A stretch of DNA of 64,000 bases from Candidatus Sumerlaeaceae bacterium (GTDB lineage Bacteria > Sumerlaeota > Sumerlaeia > Sumerlaeales > Sumerlaeaceae), in NCBI GenBank assembly GCA_051003195.1, contig JBPCLP010000039.1, positions 64,001 through 128,000 on the forward strand, in the 5' to 3' direction. The notes below the pieces were generated by a model that had not been told where the DNA came from, searched no databases, and saw only the letters and a program-made list of their open reading frames with translations. The position numbers were made by a program, and so were the translations under genes. Numbering within the stretch: position 1 is the first letter of the stretch; each line of letters begins with the position of its first letter. This document shows, in pieces, positions 46,874 to 59,314 of this stretch.

Positions 46874-49597
46874 CTAGAACCGGTGGCCGCTTACCTTGGC
46901 ACTGATGCAGATGAGCAGGCCAAAGGCCGCGATTCCCAACGAGGCCATATAGTACCGGACGCTCGTCAGCATTTCCATGCGTCCCGCAACCAGCGGCAGA
47001 ATATATCCACCCGCGAGAACCAGCACCGCGCCCGTAAAGATGAGAGTAGTTGCGATGCGCCGCCAGGAGAACCCGGACATAAACAAAGCGAGTCCAGCAG
47101 CCGCTCCATACCACGTAAAAATCGCGGCGCGGATTGGCTGCGGAATCGGAAGACGTGCAATTTGCGTATTAACCTGGCCCAGGCCCGGCACCCGTGCCTG
47201 CAGAAACCACGCGATAAAAATGACAACCACTGCGCCTCCGAGTGCCAGCCGTACAAACTGGAGCGTGAGGTCCCAGATGTGCTTTTCAATTTTGCGCGCA
47301 CGAATCGGGCTGGCAATAGAGGCGTCGATCTTGCCGGCCACTTTGATATCTGCATGAGCCTTCGCGGCCAGCCGCTTTGCCTTCTCGTTCGCTTCCGCTT
47401 CACTTATACCCTGCGACTTCAGGCGGCGCGCTTCGACTTTGACCAACTGCCGCTTCTCGCGTATAGCCTTCCGGTCTTCTTCGATGGTATGCAGCCACCG
47501 CGCAATTGGATCGCGCCACGTGGCAAACCGATTCCGAGCTGTCAGGTGATCCGTCGTCGCCCATTTGCCGCGCGCGAGCACCATACTTTCATACCCAAAG
47601 AGGTCCTCGAACATCTCCTCCCAATGGGCCCCGCTGAACCGACAGACGAAGTTCTGCAGCGCTTCCTCTGAAAGCCCGCGCAGGCGCAACTGCTTCAACA
47701 TTGCGCGTGTTTCTTCCAGCGGATTTGCACGCTGGTTTACCAACGCGCGAACAACGGATGTCTGGTAAGCAGCCACCAGCCCGGTGCTTAACACCGCCGC
47801 AAGTATCCAGTACGGCAATAAACCCAACGCGTAGATCACACCAAGCGCCACCAGAGTTCCGACCACCGTCTTCAACCATCCGACCGCTGTCATTCCGAAG
47901 AAAACGCTGCGAACGCGTCGAAACAGATACGACTTTGTAAGGACGCCACCAACGATAAAGTTGATGGCCGGCGACAGGATCAGCAGGCCAAGCGCAGTCC
48001 CGGCGGCATAAGGCATTCGCAATAGAGCAGCGGCAACAAGGATGCATGTAACAACCCCGAAAAACCCTGTGACGCACGCCTTCTGCAATCGCGCGCTTGC
48101 CGCGCCGTAATACTCTTCCTGCATTTTCTCGAGCAGCTGCAAGTGCTGCTCACGCGGGGCAAAAGGCCCTTTCTCCGCCCCAACGCCGAGAAGTGCCTCT
48201 ATGTCTTCAATCGTATCGCCCAGGTTGTTATAGCGCTCTTCGGGCGATTTCGCCACCATACGCTCGAGAATGGTGCTTAGCCCGCCCGGCACCTTACGCA
48301 CAGCTTCATCCAGCCGCGGCAGGGGAGCGTCCATGTGCTTACTGATAATCTCCATTGCCGAACTGCCGCTGTAGGGCGGCTTGCCCGCGAGCAGGTAGTA
48401 CAACGTACAACCAAGGCTGTACTGGTCCGCCCTGGAATCGACGTTCGTGGCGTCGCGCGCCTGCTCGGGGGCCATATAAGCCGGCGTGCCCATCGCTACA
48501 TCCTGCAGCGTCAGGTCGCCACGCGCCTCTGCCAATCTCGGGTCCAGCTTTGTGCCCGGCGCGCGCTGCTCCGTTTCGCCACGCATTTTTGCGAGACCCA
48601 TGTCCGCAACCTTTACGATGCCGTGCTCGTTGACCATGAGGTTATCGGGCTTTACGTCGCGATGAACGATTCCGCGTTCGTGCGCATACTTGAGTCCCCG
48701 CGCCGCTTGAAGCACGTAGCTGGCGGCATCGTCCGGTTGCAGTGGACCATCGCGCCGGACCATGTCGGCAAGGCTTTGCCCGCGTACAAACTCCATGCTG
48801 ATATAATGGATATCCTTGTCGCTGCCGACATCGTACACCTGGATGACATTGTGGTGGGTGAGCTGCGCCGCGCTGAGTGCCTCACGCGTGAATCGCACAA
48901 GAAAGTCTGGGTTTGATGCGAATCGTCCCGGTAGAATTTTCAGCGCCACATCGCGATCCAGCGAGATTTGGCGAGCCAGGCACACGGCGCCCATTCCGCC
49001 GGCGCCGAGCATCGACTTCACTTCATAGCCAGCGATAACCTCACCGGAAAGATCCACATCTTTCGGGCTCGCGTTATCGAAGGACTTCGTCTTCGATTTT
49101 GTCTTCGCCGTCGCCTTCTCAACTTCTTCTTCCGGCAGGGAAACCGTTTTGCCGTAGTCCTCGAAATCCGTAACTGTAGGAGTGTCGCCCTCGACCGGCG
49201 CTGTTTCAAAAAGGAAGTCTGTGGGCGTCGAAGTGGCGGAATGATGAAACCGGTCGCTCAGGCGACGGGGGGCCGTGCCCCCAGCCTGGGTACGTGTTGG
49301 GGTGCCGCCCGAAGGGGTGTCGATCATCGTAGGCAGCTCATGAAGATCCATGCCTTCCGGCGGTGTCTTTAACGCTGCCGGCGGGCCCGAGACCGACCAT
49401 ATAGGATTCGTCTCGGCCGCTGAAAAAACCATCTGCTCTTCCGCTGGCTTTGTGACAGCCCCGGCCGCGGCGCTCTTTCCGCCGCTGGCGAGTACCATGG
49501 GCACTACGGCATAGCATTCCGGGCATTGTACCATTGCGGCACTGCCGCTAAGGTCCTCATCCCAATTGTGGTGGCACTTGTTGCACTTCAGCTGCAT
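46874..49597 (-). CDS. Membrane Hanks-type Ser/Thr protein kinase with N-terminal zinc finger
   Basis: CNKC..CPEC; LGAGGMGAV, VALK, HRDVKPDN, DMG, GTPAYMAPE; TM helices. Confidence 0.92.
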   Translation of the reverse strand: MQLKCNKCHHNWDEDLSGSAAMVQCPECYAVVPMVLASGGKSAAAGAVTKPAEEQMVFSAAETNPIWSVSGPPAALKTPPEGMDLHELPTMIDTPSGGTPTRTQAGGTAPRRLSDRFHHSATSTPTDFLFETAPVEGDTPTVTDFEDYGKTVSLPEEEVEKATAKTKSKTKSFDNASPKDVDLSGEVIAGYEVKSMLGAGGMGAVCLARQISLDRDVALKILPGRFASNPDFLVRFTREALSAAQLTHHNVIQVYDVGSDKDIHYISMEFVRGQSLADMVRRDGPLQPDDAASYVLQAARGLKYAHERGIVHRDVKPDNLMVNEHGIVKVADMGLAKMRGETEQRAPGTKLDPRLAEARGDLTLQDVAMGTPAYMAPEQARDATNVDSRADQYSLGCTLYYLLAGKPPYSGSSAMEIISKHMDAPLPRLDEAVRKVPGGLSTILERMVAKSPEERYNNLGDTIEDIEALLGVGAEKGPFAPREQHLQLLEKMQEEYYGAASARLQKACVTGFFGVVTCILVAAALLRMPYAAGTALGLLILSPAINFIVGGVLTKSYLFRRVRSVFFGMTAVGWLKTVVGTLVALGVIYALGLLPYWILAAVLSTGLVAAYQTSVVRALVNQRANPLEETRAMLKQLRLRGLSEEALQNFVCRFSGAHWEEMFEDLFGYESMVLARGKWATTDHLTARNRFATWRDPIARWLHTIEEDRKAIREKRQLVKVEARRLKSQGISEAEANEKAKRLAAKAHADIKVAGKIDASIASPIRARKIEKHIWDLTLQFVRLALGGAVVVIFIAWFLQARVPGLGQVNTQIARLPIPQPIRAAIFTWYGAAAGLALFMSGFSWRRIATTLIFTGAVLVLAGGYILPLVAGRMEMLTSVRYYMASLGIAAFGLLICISAKVSGHRF

Positions 49598-49781
49598 AAG
49601 TTGCTCTTCACGTCCGCGCAGTTGGTGGTTAACTACGCAGTGTGGAACACACGCTTTGCGACTGTCAATCACATCTGTTATCAGATTACATCCGCGCAGC
49701 CAGACACCAGGCATGCGTACACAACGCTGTACCGGACCGTCACATTCCTGCGCGCTAATGTACTCAGCGCGCCTTGCCCTG

Positions 49782-50630
49782 CTACTCCTCCAACTCCTCC
49801 GGCACTCCACTGGGAAACGCCTTCTTGATTTCTTCCTGGATGTTTTCGAGGCGATTCCCCGGGTCGGGGTGTGTGCTGAAAAACTCTGGCGGGCGAGGAC
49901 CCTTGGCAGCTCCCCGCAGGATTTCCATCACCTTGAGCATACTTCGGGGATCGTAGCCGGCCTGGCTCATAAGGCGCACCCCAAAATAGTCCGATTCGAT
50001 TTCATCGCCGCGTCCGTACTTCAGGTTCACCAGTTGACCGATCATCGTCGCAATGTACGCGTTTTGCGCGCTGCGGGGATTCCTCGGATCATAGCTGGCA
50101 AGCACCGCCGCACCAGTCAGCCCTTGTGTCAGCTTTCGTTGTTCCAGCTGTTCGGCGCCGTGACGGCCAATCACGTGACCCACCTCGTGTGCCAGGACCC
50201 CCGCAATCTGCCCAGGCGTCGTCAGTCGCCTAAAGAGCGCCTCCGTCATGAAAACCTGCCCGCCCGGAAGAGCGAATGCGTTGATGGTATCCGGGTCGGC
50301 CAGCAGATGAAACTCGTACTGGTAAGGGCCCTTTTTTGCATCGCTGTTCTGCACGATGCGCTGGCCCACCTGTTCCACAGCGGCACGTCCGCGCGCATCA
50401 GAACTTTCGCCCCCATACTGTCGCACAAGGTTCGGAGCGGCCTGTAAGCCAAGCGCCATTTCCTGCTGCGCCGATACACCAATGTGCTGCTTCTTGCCGG
50501 TCACCGGGTTTACGGAACTCTTCATGAAGTAGGAGACGATGGAAAAGAGGGCGATCGCCAATGCGATCATCATCCGTCCGTTCAGCAGTCGCGGTCGGTA
50601 GCCGTACTCACTTCGGCCAAAGGTGGACAT
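49782..50630 (-). CDS. M48 family zinc metallopeptidase
   Basis: NAFALPGG, HEVGH, E.ESD, STHP. Confidence 0.9.
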   Translation of the reverse strand: MSTFGRSEYGYRPRLLNGRMMIALAIALFSIVSYFMKSSVNPVTGKKQHIGVSAQQEMALGLQAAPNLVRQYGGESSDARGRAAVEQVGQRIVQNSDAKKGPYQYEFHLLADPDTINAFALPGGQVFMTEALFRRLTTPGQIAGVLAHEVGHVIGRHGAEQLEQRKLTQGLTGAAVLASYDPRNPRSAQNAYIATMIGQLVNLKYGRGDEIESDYFGVRLMSQAGYDPRSMLKVMEILRGAAKGPRPPEFFSTHPDPGNRLENIQEEIKKAFPSGVPEELEE

Positions 50631-50687
50631 CTGTTCAGGTCCTCCGATTTTCGGTAAGCTGGTCTGTCAGCAAGGTATGTGCCTTCA

Positions 50688-51668
50688 CTACTGAGGAAAC
50701 GTTAGCTTGTAAACAGCGCCACTTTTAACATGAGCCATGCCACCACCCGTTACGTATAGAACTCGGCCATCTCCAACACCTCCCGGCCCGGGATTCTCGA
50801 ATTCGCAATTGGTACACATGCGATCGTAGACCTTAACATACCGAACCGTTTTACCCTCGCTGGAGATCACGTGAACCCTACCGTCGCCTGCCTGGCACAC
50901 GTATAGGGTCCCGGCCCGGTCGATGCTCATGCCATCAGGTTGTGATTTGCTGTCCAGCTTCATCCATTGGATTTGATCCGTCAATTTACCGTCTGCCTGG
51001 ATTCTGAACCTCTGAATGTCATCGCCGCCGGATCGGGCTACATACAGCCATTTCTGGTCGGGGCTCACCACAAGTCCGTTTGGCATTTGGTCCAATTCGA
51101 TGGCCAGTGTTGTAGTACCGTCGTCGGGATTCACGAGGTACACACCCTGCACGTCCCCGGGTTTGCTGCCCCACTTAGGGTCTGTGAAAAACACGTGCCC
51201 GGCACTGTCCATGGCCACATCGTTTACATTACAAAATGGGCGGCCATTGTGATCCCTGGAAACCACCCGCATCCCTTTGGTCGCCGCGTCGATTTCCAGG
51301 AACGCCAGCTCGCCGTGTCCGCAGGCGTAGATCTTTTTGCGATCGTTGCTCAGGATCATCCCGTTCGTCTTTCGCGGCGCATCGAAGTTGATCCAGGGCT
51401 CCGCGCCACCTTCAGGCCTGATCTTTACGATCATGTTGGCGTGCACGTCCGAAAAAATCAGGTAGCCGTCCGGGTGCCACACCGGACCCTCCGGGAACAC
51501 AAATCCGTCTGCCAGTTTTTCAACGCGCACGCCATCCTGCAGTTGCTCTGGGGTGGCCATGGCCACTGTTCCAGTGGTCGCTCCGTGTAGCGCTGCTGCA
51601 AAAACGCTTAACGCTATCACCAGCATTCCAGTACAGGCGCTCTTCATCCCAGCCATCCTCTTTTTCAA
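50688..51668 (-). CDS. Secreted SMP-30/gluconolactonase family protein
   Basis: EGPVW, FSD, ND, PNG..SPD, PDG..ID. Confidence 0.88.
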   Translation of the reverse strand: MKKRMAGMKSACTGMLVIALSVFAAALHGATTGTVAMATPEQLQDGVRVEKLADGFVFPEGPVWHPDGYLIFSDVHANMIVKIRPEGGAEPWINFDAPRKTNGMILSNDRKKIYACGHGELAFLEIDAATKGMRVVSRDHNGRPFCNVNDVAMDSAGHVFFTDPKWGSKPGDVQGVYLVNPDDGTTTLAIELDQMPNGLVVSPDQKWLYVARSGGDDIQRFRIQADGKLTDQIQWMKLDSKSQPDGMSIDRAGTLYVCQAGDGRVHVISSEGKTVRYVKVYDRMCTNCEFENPGPGGVGDGRVLYVTGGGMAHVKSGAVYKLTFPQ

Positions 51669-51983
51669 AGTAGATGAGCTGTTAATGCGGTTTTGTGCCG
51701 TACAAGTAAATTACACGTTCGCTTTGGAACACCTGCGGGCAGCATTCGTACACACTTGTACGGCGCTGAACGATACTCCGGCAGGCTAACTTTCACGTTT
51801 TCAAAGTCCCATCGTGCACGCAGCACGCGGCGCTGTTCTTGCCTAAGCCAGGCCCGCCGGTTGTAGCGTGACATCAGTCTTCCTCTGCGGGGAGCAGGAC
51901 TGCGAAAGGCAGTGAACTCGGCAGCACCGTCCAGTTACGCAGCAAGCAAGGCACGAAGATAAATCTGCTGGAGGTTCACCCGC

Positions 51984-52811
51984 ATGTATAGTCCGAAGAG
52001 ATTAACGTGGGTACTTGCTTTTGCAACACTCACCAGTTTCGCAGGTGCCGCGGAGGGCACCACATTCACGCAGGCGTGGGGCGTCGGGGAAGTTGCGATT
52101 AACGATCGGCGCATCCTGGATCTCACAGGCCAGTACGATCTGGTTGGGACGAGCCACTCCCTGCACTTAAGAATCGTGCAGGACAGGCGGGGCCGGCTTC
52201 TCACGAGCGCGACCCTGACCAACAATTTCGACAACGTAACCACGAGCTTCCCGATGATGGGTGGTATCCATGCAAACGGGAAGTCACCGTTGGTACTGGA
52301 ACTGGCTGGAGCGCGCAGGCCACCACAGCCACCCCCCGGTGATGCGGTGAATCCTCCTCCCCCCAGGCATGGAATCGGCGCAACCATTCGCGGCCGGCTT
52401 GTCGGGAATCATTTCCACGTTTTTGTGGAGGTTCGTGGGCCGCGCGGTGGATCGCGTTTCCAGGCTGACCTGACCCCGGAAAACCAGGCACGCGGAGCAA
52501 TAGTTTCCGATGCACCAGCGCTCCAGGGACCCAATGGCGGACTCGCCACAACACGCACCGTTACTTTGCCTTCTCACGTTTATCACCTGCGTGGCGTGGA
52601 AGTGCGCCGCGGGATTGCCGACAGGCTCACGATCGGGGCGCCACCACCACGACGCACGCTGAACTTCAATCCGCCGCCGCCATTTGGCATGGATCTTCAG
52701 GGTGCCATCACGGATACGGATCAGTTCCGCCGCCGCAAGAATATCGTCCGTATCGGATACGGAAACCTCGACAGCACCTCGGGGACATTGGTGACGCATA
52801 CCACGTTCTAG
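51984..52811 (+). CDS. Hypothetical secreted Pro-rich protein
   Basis: GGAGG RBS, signal peptide, followed by a terminator. Confidence 0.65.
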   Translation: MYSPKRLTWVLAFATLTSFAGAAEGTTFTQAWGVGEVAINDRRILDLTGQYDLVGTSHSLHLRIVQDRRGRLLTSATLTNNFDNVTTSFPMMGGIHANGKSPLVLELAGARRPPQPPPGDAVNPPPPRHGIGATIRGRLVGNHFHVFVEVRGPRGGSRFQADLTPENQARGAIVSDAPALQGPNGGLATTRTVTLPSHVYHLRGVEVRRGIADRLTIGAPPPRRTLNFNPPPPFGMDLQGAITDTDQFRRRKNIVRIGYGNLDSTSGTLVTHTTF

Positions 52812-52839
52812 TCGGGATTACATCGCGAGGATCATCAAC

Positions 52840-52870
52840 AGGTGGAGCTCCCAACGGAGCTCCACCTTTG
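52840..52870 (+). terminator. Intrinsic terminator
   Basis: aggtggagctcc-caac-ggagctccacct-ttg. Confidence 0.75.
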
Positions 52871-52993
52871 TGTATCTGGGGTTAATCCGGGACGTCCAGA
52901 CTTGAAGCGCGAAGCCATGCTGCCCTTTTAAATACTCGATACGATGCACCCGATGCGGGGTACCAACTGGCCGTTATACTCTAAAGAAGTGCC

Positions 52994-54724
<1,731 letters not shown>

Positions 54725-54823
54725 CTACTCCGACTACCACCTGAAATCAACGGTCTGCAAAACACCCGAGCTTTTTTCTAAATACGTTCTTACAGCCGGA
54801 ATAGTGAGCCGTGGCAATTACCA

Positions 54824-54921
54824 CTAGTGTGCCGAATCAAGCTCCAATCCAGTTTTGGCGGGGAAGTCGAGCCTGATTCGGCACACAGAAGTGATTACGA
54901 ATTAACGGTAGTCCACACGAG
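54824..54921 (+). repeat. Dispersed repeat, short subtype (copy C)
   Basis: CTAGTGTGCCGAATCA...TGATTCGGCACAC 13-bp IR, then CGAATTAACGGTAGTCCACAC. Confidence 0.8.
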
Positions 54922-54990
54922 GAGCAGTGCATGGATCGAAGCAGCAGGTTTGGCGTGAAGGACGCCGCCGGAGATAATCCCGGAGAGTTC

Positions 54991-55467
54991 ATGCTGCTCG
55001 CCCTGGTTGTCAGCGTGATGTCCGCGGTCAAAGCGGAAGCTGTGCAGCCGCCCAATTTACACCCGCCGGATCCTGAAGTCGCAAACCTGCTGGCGCAGTT
55101 CCCCTCGCCGTGTGAACAGTTGACGCCGGAGCAGGTTGTGAAGGTTCAGCTCAGCGCGTTTAAGATAAACGACGCGGCTGACCAGGGGCTCCGCAAAGCC
55201 TACGAATTCGCGTCGCCTGAGAGCCGCATCGTCGCGGGGCCGCTCGAACGCTTCGCCGTCCTCGTTAGAAATCCCGTTTATGTTCCACTTCTCGGTTTTG
55301 AAAACGTGAGTTTCGGCCCGATGCAGGTAATCGCAAATGAAGCAGAACAATGTGTTTCCATCCTGGCATCCAGCGGCGTGGCCGCAAATTACCGCTTTCG
55401 GCTTTCACTCCAGCAGTTCGGCGATTACCTGGGCTGCTGGATGACGGACCGCGTCGAGCCGCTGTAG
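54991..55467 (+). CDS. DUF4864-like protein
   Basis: VV..QL.AF..ND....AY.FASP......F..LV....Y..L; W..D.V. Confidence 0.7.
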   Translation: MLLALVVSVMSAVKAEAVQPPNLHPPDPEVANLLAQFPSPCEQLTPEQVVKVQLSAFKINDAADQGLRKAYEFASPESRIVAGPLERFAVLVRNPVYVPLLGFENVSFGPMQVIANEAEQCVSILASSGVAANYRFRLSLQQFGDYLGCWMTDRVEPL

Positions 55468-55491
55468 CTCGTCCCGCCCGTGCCCTCTCGC

Positions 55492-56301
55492 ATGACTCGC
55501 ATCGGCTTCGTTCAATACAATCCGGTATTCGGTCAGCGCGTCGCAAACTTTAAAACCATCGAGCGCTTTGTGGCAACGGCGTCACATCCAGACCTGCTCG
55601 TTCTTCCGGAGCTCGCGGCCGTGGGATACGAATTTCGCGACTCGGGCGAGGTCGCGCAGTTCGCCGAGGCTGCCGGTGCCGGCCCCACAACTGATTTGCT
55701 TCGTTCCCTGGCGGCGGAATACAGGACAACAATTGTGATGGGCTATCCGGAACGCGAGCGCCATAAACTCTACAATTCCTGCATGATGATCCAGCCGGAC
55801 GGAACCATTACGAACTACCGGAAGATGCACCTGTTCTCGCGTGAGAACGAGCTATTCTCGCCCGGTGATGCCGCTCCACCGGTGGTGCAGACTTCCTTCG
55901 GACGAGTAGGGCTGATGATCTGCTTCGACTGGTTCTTTCCCGAAGTTGCTCGATTATTAACATTGGGGGGCGCGCAGGTAATTGCACACCCGTGCAACCT
56001 GATTCTCGATCATTGCCAGCGTGCGATGTACGCGCGCAGCGTCGAGAACGGCATTTTCAGCATCACGGCAAACCGCTTCGGCACCGAAGAACGAGCCGGG
56101 CGAAAGCTCACTTTCACGGGAGCCAGCCAAATCCTGGATCCAAAAGGAAACTGCCTTGCCTCGGGACCCGTCGATTCCGAGTACATGCAGGTTGTTGAGG
56201 TGAATCTCGACTCGGCCGACAACAAGCAGATCAACGCGCACAATCATCTGCTCAAATCCCGGCGTGTTGAATTGTTCAGCGGATTGCTGAACAACAAATA
56301 A
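55492..56301 (+). CDS. Carbon-nitrogen hydrolase (nitrilase superfamily)
   Basis: Triad motifs LPEL, YRK.HL, ICFDW.FPE. Confidence 0.9.
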   Translation: MTRIGFVQYNPVFGQRVANFKTIERFVATASHPDLLVLPELAAVGYEFRDSGEVAQFAEAAGAGPTTDLLRSLAAEYRTTIVMGYPERERHKLYNSCMMIQPDGTITNYRKMHLFSRENELFSPGDAAPPVVQTSFGRVGLMICFDWFFPEVARLLTLGGAQVIAHPCNLILDHCQRAMYARSVENGIFSITANRFGTEERAGRKLTFTGASQILDPKGNCLASGPVDSEYMQVVEVNLDSADNKQINAHNHLLKSRRVELFSGLLNNK

Positions 56302-56303
56302 GA

Positions 56304-56890
56304 CCAGTGTGCCGTCCCCGGAAGTTCATAGCTATACTTCAGGAAGCTGTCGAGCTCGGACGGCACACAAAACCAGTGAACGAATTAATGGGACACCACA
56401 CCAGTGTGCCGTCCCTGAAATTCGCGGCATAATTCCAGGATCCCGGCTTTTTGGAATCCGCAGCCGCAAATTTTTTGCACCAAACAAATTTTCGCGGCGT
56501 AATTCAGTTCAGGTTTTTTGCACCGAAGGTGCAGCGGGACATAGCCCAGGGAAAGGAGGCCACGGCTTTTTGTGGCCGACGCAGCCCTCAGGTTTTTTGC
56601 ACCGAACAAATTTTCGCGGCGTAGTTCAGTTCAGGTTTTTTGCACCGAAGGTGCAGCGGAACAAAGCCCAGGGAAAGGAGGTCACGGCTTTTTGTGGCCG
56701 ACGCAGCCCTGGGTATATCGATCCAATTACATCGCGCCCTGAAAGCGGCGCCGGAAAACGCGCAAATATCGTTACGAATATCTGGAACACCACACCAGTG
56801 TGCCGTCCCTGAAGTTCATAAATATACTTCAGGAAGCTGTCGAGTTCGGACGGCACACAAAACCAGTGAACGAACTAACGGTAGGCTACC
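56304..56890 (+). repeat. Head-to-tail stack of three repeat-family units with an internal ~120-bp REP-like tandem duplication
   Basis: CCAGTGTGCCGTCC at 56304, 56401 and 56795; 56471-56588 duplicated at 56593-56710. Confidence 0.9.
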
Positions 56891-57640
56891 CTACAGGCCG
56901 TACGCCAGCCGTTCCGCCAGTTCGACCGGCAGACCCTGAGTGCGAATTTCATCCTGCGCAGCCGCCAGGTCGTATTCCACCCGGTGAATTTCGATCCGAC
57001 CGCCTTCACGGTCGTACACCGCGAAACAGGCATCGGGGTTTCGGTCACGCGGTTGGCCAACGCTGCCGACGTTCACAAGGTATCGGCACGCTTCCTTAAG
57101 AGAAATCGCGGGCGTGTCAGGACACGCGAGGTTCCCGCTGCTGTTCTCGACAATGAACGGCGTATGGCTGTGGCCGATGAAGCAAACGCGCTGGCCGAAG
57201 TGTTGAAAGCCCTGTCGCGCATCGCCCATGGTAATCACGTAATTCCAACTCTCCGGATTACGCGGTGACGAATGCACGAACAGCATGTCGGCAGCTTCAA
57301 TGCTCATGGGCAGTTGGCGTAACCACTTTTCGTTTTCAGATTCCAGCTGAGTGCGTGTCCAGGTGATCGCCCGCTTTGCCACTTCGTTAAAATACGTGAT
57401 GTCGATGAGCGACAATGCCGCGTGATCATGATTGCCCGCAATCGTCGGAATGTCGCGCTCACGTAACACTTCGACGCACTGGTTCGGATTCCCACCGTAG
57501 CCGACGACATCGCCACAGCACACCAGGAAATCGATGTCCATTGTGTCGAGTTCCTGTAAAACCCTTTGAAGTGCCTGAAGATTGCCGTGGATGTCCGAGA
57601 AAATGCCAACCCTTTTAGGGTTGAGGCCGTCAAACCTCAT
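56891..57640 (-). CDS. Calcineurin-like metallophosphoesterase
   Basis: SDIHGN, GD.VGYG, GNHD, GHSH, NVGSVGQPRD. Confidence 0.9.
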   Translation of the reverse strand: MRFDGLNPKRVGIFSDIHGNLQALQRVLQELDTMDIDFLVCCGDVVGYGGNPNQCVEVLRERDIPTIAGNHDHAALSLIDITYFNEVAKRAITWTRTQLESENEKWLRQLPMSIEAADMLFVHSSPRNPESWNYVITMGDARQGFQHFGQRVCFIGHSHTPFIVENSSGNLACPDTPAISLKEACRYLVNVGSVGQPRDRNPDACFAVYDREGGRIEIHRVEYDLAAAQDEIRTQGLPVELAERLAYGL

Positions 57641-59192
57641 AATCTTTCCCGGTAAGTTTCTTAAGCATCTTCGCTGCCTGCCGGCGTATTACTTCGCTGC
57701 GATTCGTAAGGGCTGCCTCCCACAAGGCTATCTCTGATTCCTGGTTGCCAGTTGCTGCACGAGCAACGCTGTCTGCCGGCTTTATGTCTGATTCCGGCGA
57801 TGAGACATTGCCGGATTCGCCGACGCGCTCGTCAAAATTGGGCCGCTGTGGCTCTCCCGCGGAGATCGATCCACTTTCTGGCTCGGCAGGCTGCCGGTCA
57901 CGGTCGCGTTTCTTTTTCCGGTTTGAACGCCCACCTGACACCGAGACCATCGCTTCTACGGGTGTCTCATGTGCCGGGGCTGCGGGAGTAAGCGGTACCA
58001 CCGGCGGTGGCTGTGCCGCATGAAAGACTTCGCTGACAGGCTGATCCACGTTGGCCTCGGCTTCCTCATGCTCTACACCTGCGTAAACCGGCGCAGGTTC
58101 CTCGGCTGCTTCTAAAACTTGCGCCTCTGCAAAGGTGCTCTGGCTGGACGGGAAATCGCTGTCGAGACTCAATACATCCTCGAGATCTTCAAGGGAGTCC
58201 AGGCTCTCCGGCTCGGGCGAGACGCGAGCAGTTGGTTCGTGGTTGCCGTTTCCGTAGGCTGCAGCTTCGCTGTAAACGGGTTGTGCGCTCTGGCGCGCCT
58301 CGGCCCGGGCCACTTCATCGGCGGCAATCGCTTCGCGAGCCATTTCGCCCGTATCGAATACCGGCTCTGCTTCGAAGCTTTCATACAGCTTACTATCTTC
58401 CTCAGACTGCGCCATGAATGGAGTTTCGACTCCCTTTTCGAGCGGAGCAGATTCATCGCTGTAGCTGATTCCGCTCGAGAAGATACTATCTTCCAGTGCC
58501 ATCTCCTGCGGCACGCGACCACTCGGAATCGCCATCTCGCCGCTATACTGGTAAATGCATCGGGTGTTCCCAAATTCCAGCACGTCACCCGCCTGAAGGA
58601 CCTTTGGCTCCGTGATCTGAACGCCGTTCACCTTCGTACGTTTAAATCCGCCCATGCAGTGAATCTCGTAGTCGCTATTTCCACGGCGGATAATCACGGC
58701 CTGCTTTTTCGCAAGAAACCAGTCGTCGTTGATCACGATGTCGTTCGAGGGCGACTTTCCTATACTGGTTTCAAATTTGGTGACCTGGAATTCCTGGCCC
58801 TTCAACTTCCCGTCGCTCACACAAAGCACCGGAACCGGGACACGCTCCACAACCACCGTGCGATCAGCCCCAAACGCATCAGCGATCATCTTATCCTCAT
58901 CCACCACCTGGTCGGCAAAATGGAGCTTATGCTTCCCGATGGAAATCACGTCGTCGTTCACAATTTCCGTCTTCGAAACACGCACACCATTCACATACGT
59001 GCCATTCGCACTGTTGAGATCCGTGAGGATATACTTACCGTTTTGTCGACGGACGCGCGCATGATTGCGCGAAACGCTGAGGTTTTCGACCACAACATCA
59101 TTGTCCCGGGACCGGCCAATGCTCATTACGTCCTTATCAAAGACGTAAGTCTGCAGCACGTTGTCGCCCAACTTGAGTACTAATTCAGGCAT
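57630..59192 (-). CDS. Tandem FHA-domain protein with an acidic disordered tail
   Basis: IGR..DND.....VSR.HA...D.NS.NGT.VNG; the second FHA is degenerate. Confidence 0.85.
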   Translation of the reverse strand: MPELVLKLGDNVLQTYVFDKDVMSIGRSRDNDVVVENLSVSRNHARVRRQNGKYILTDLNSANGTYVNGVRVSKTEIVNDDVISIGKHKLHFADQVVDEDKMIADAFGADRTVVVERVPVPVLCVSDGKLKGQEFQVTKFETSIGKSPSNDIVINDDWFLAKKQAVIIRRGNSDYEIHCMGGFKRTKVNGVQITEPKVLQAGDVLEFGNTRCIYQYSGEMAIPSGRVPQEMALEDSIFSSGISYSDESAPLEKGVETPFMAQSEEDSKLYESFEAEPVFDTGEMAREAIAADEVARAEARQSAQPVYSEAAAYGNGNHEPTARVSPEPESLDSLEDLEDVLSLDSDFPSSQSTFAEAQVLEAAEEPAPVYAGVEHEEAEANVDQPVSEVFHAAQPPPVVPLTPAAPAHETPVEAMVSVSGGRSNRKKKRDRDRQPAEPESGSISAGEPQRPNFDERVGESGNVSSPESDIKPADSVARAATGNQESEIALWEAALTNRSEVIRRQAAKMLKKLTGKDYEV

Positions 59193-59314
59193 TGCCGACG
59201 CCCGTTTCCACATAGGTAAAGGATAGTGTCCGAACTTTATCCCGATTTGACTTGGCGTGTGTCAAAACAATTTCCACCTCAGGCGAGGCCACGGCCCTTC
59301 GGCCGGGAAGCAAA

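Noticed and set aside
51760..51935. Riboswitch upstream of 51984 (ctgcgaaaggcag hairpin)
   Set aside because: A single small hairpin; does not fit c-di-GMP, c-di-AMP or other consensus I can recognise
56304..56890. Possible CRISPR array
   Set aside because: Units are 100-400 bp and irregular, interiors are duplicated rather than unique, and there are no cas genes
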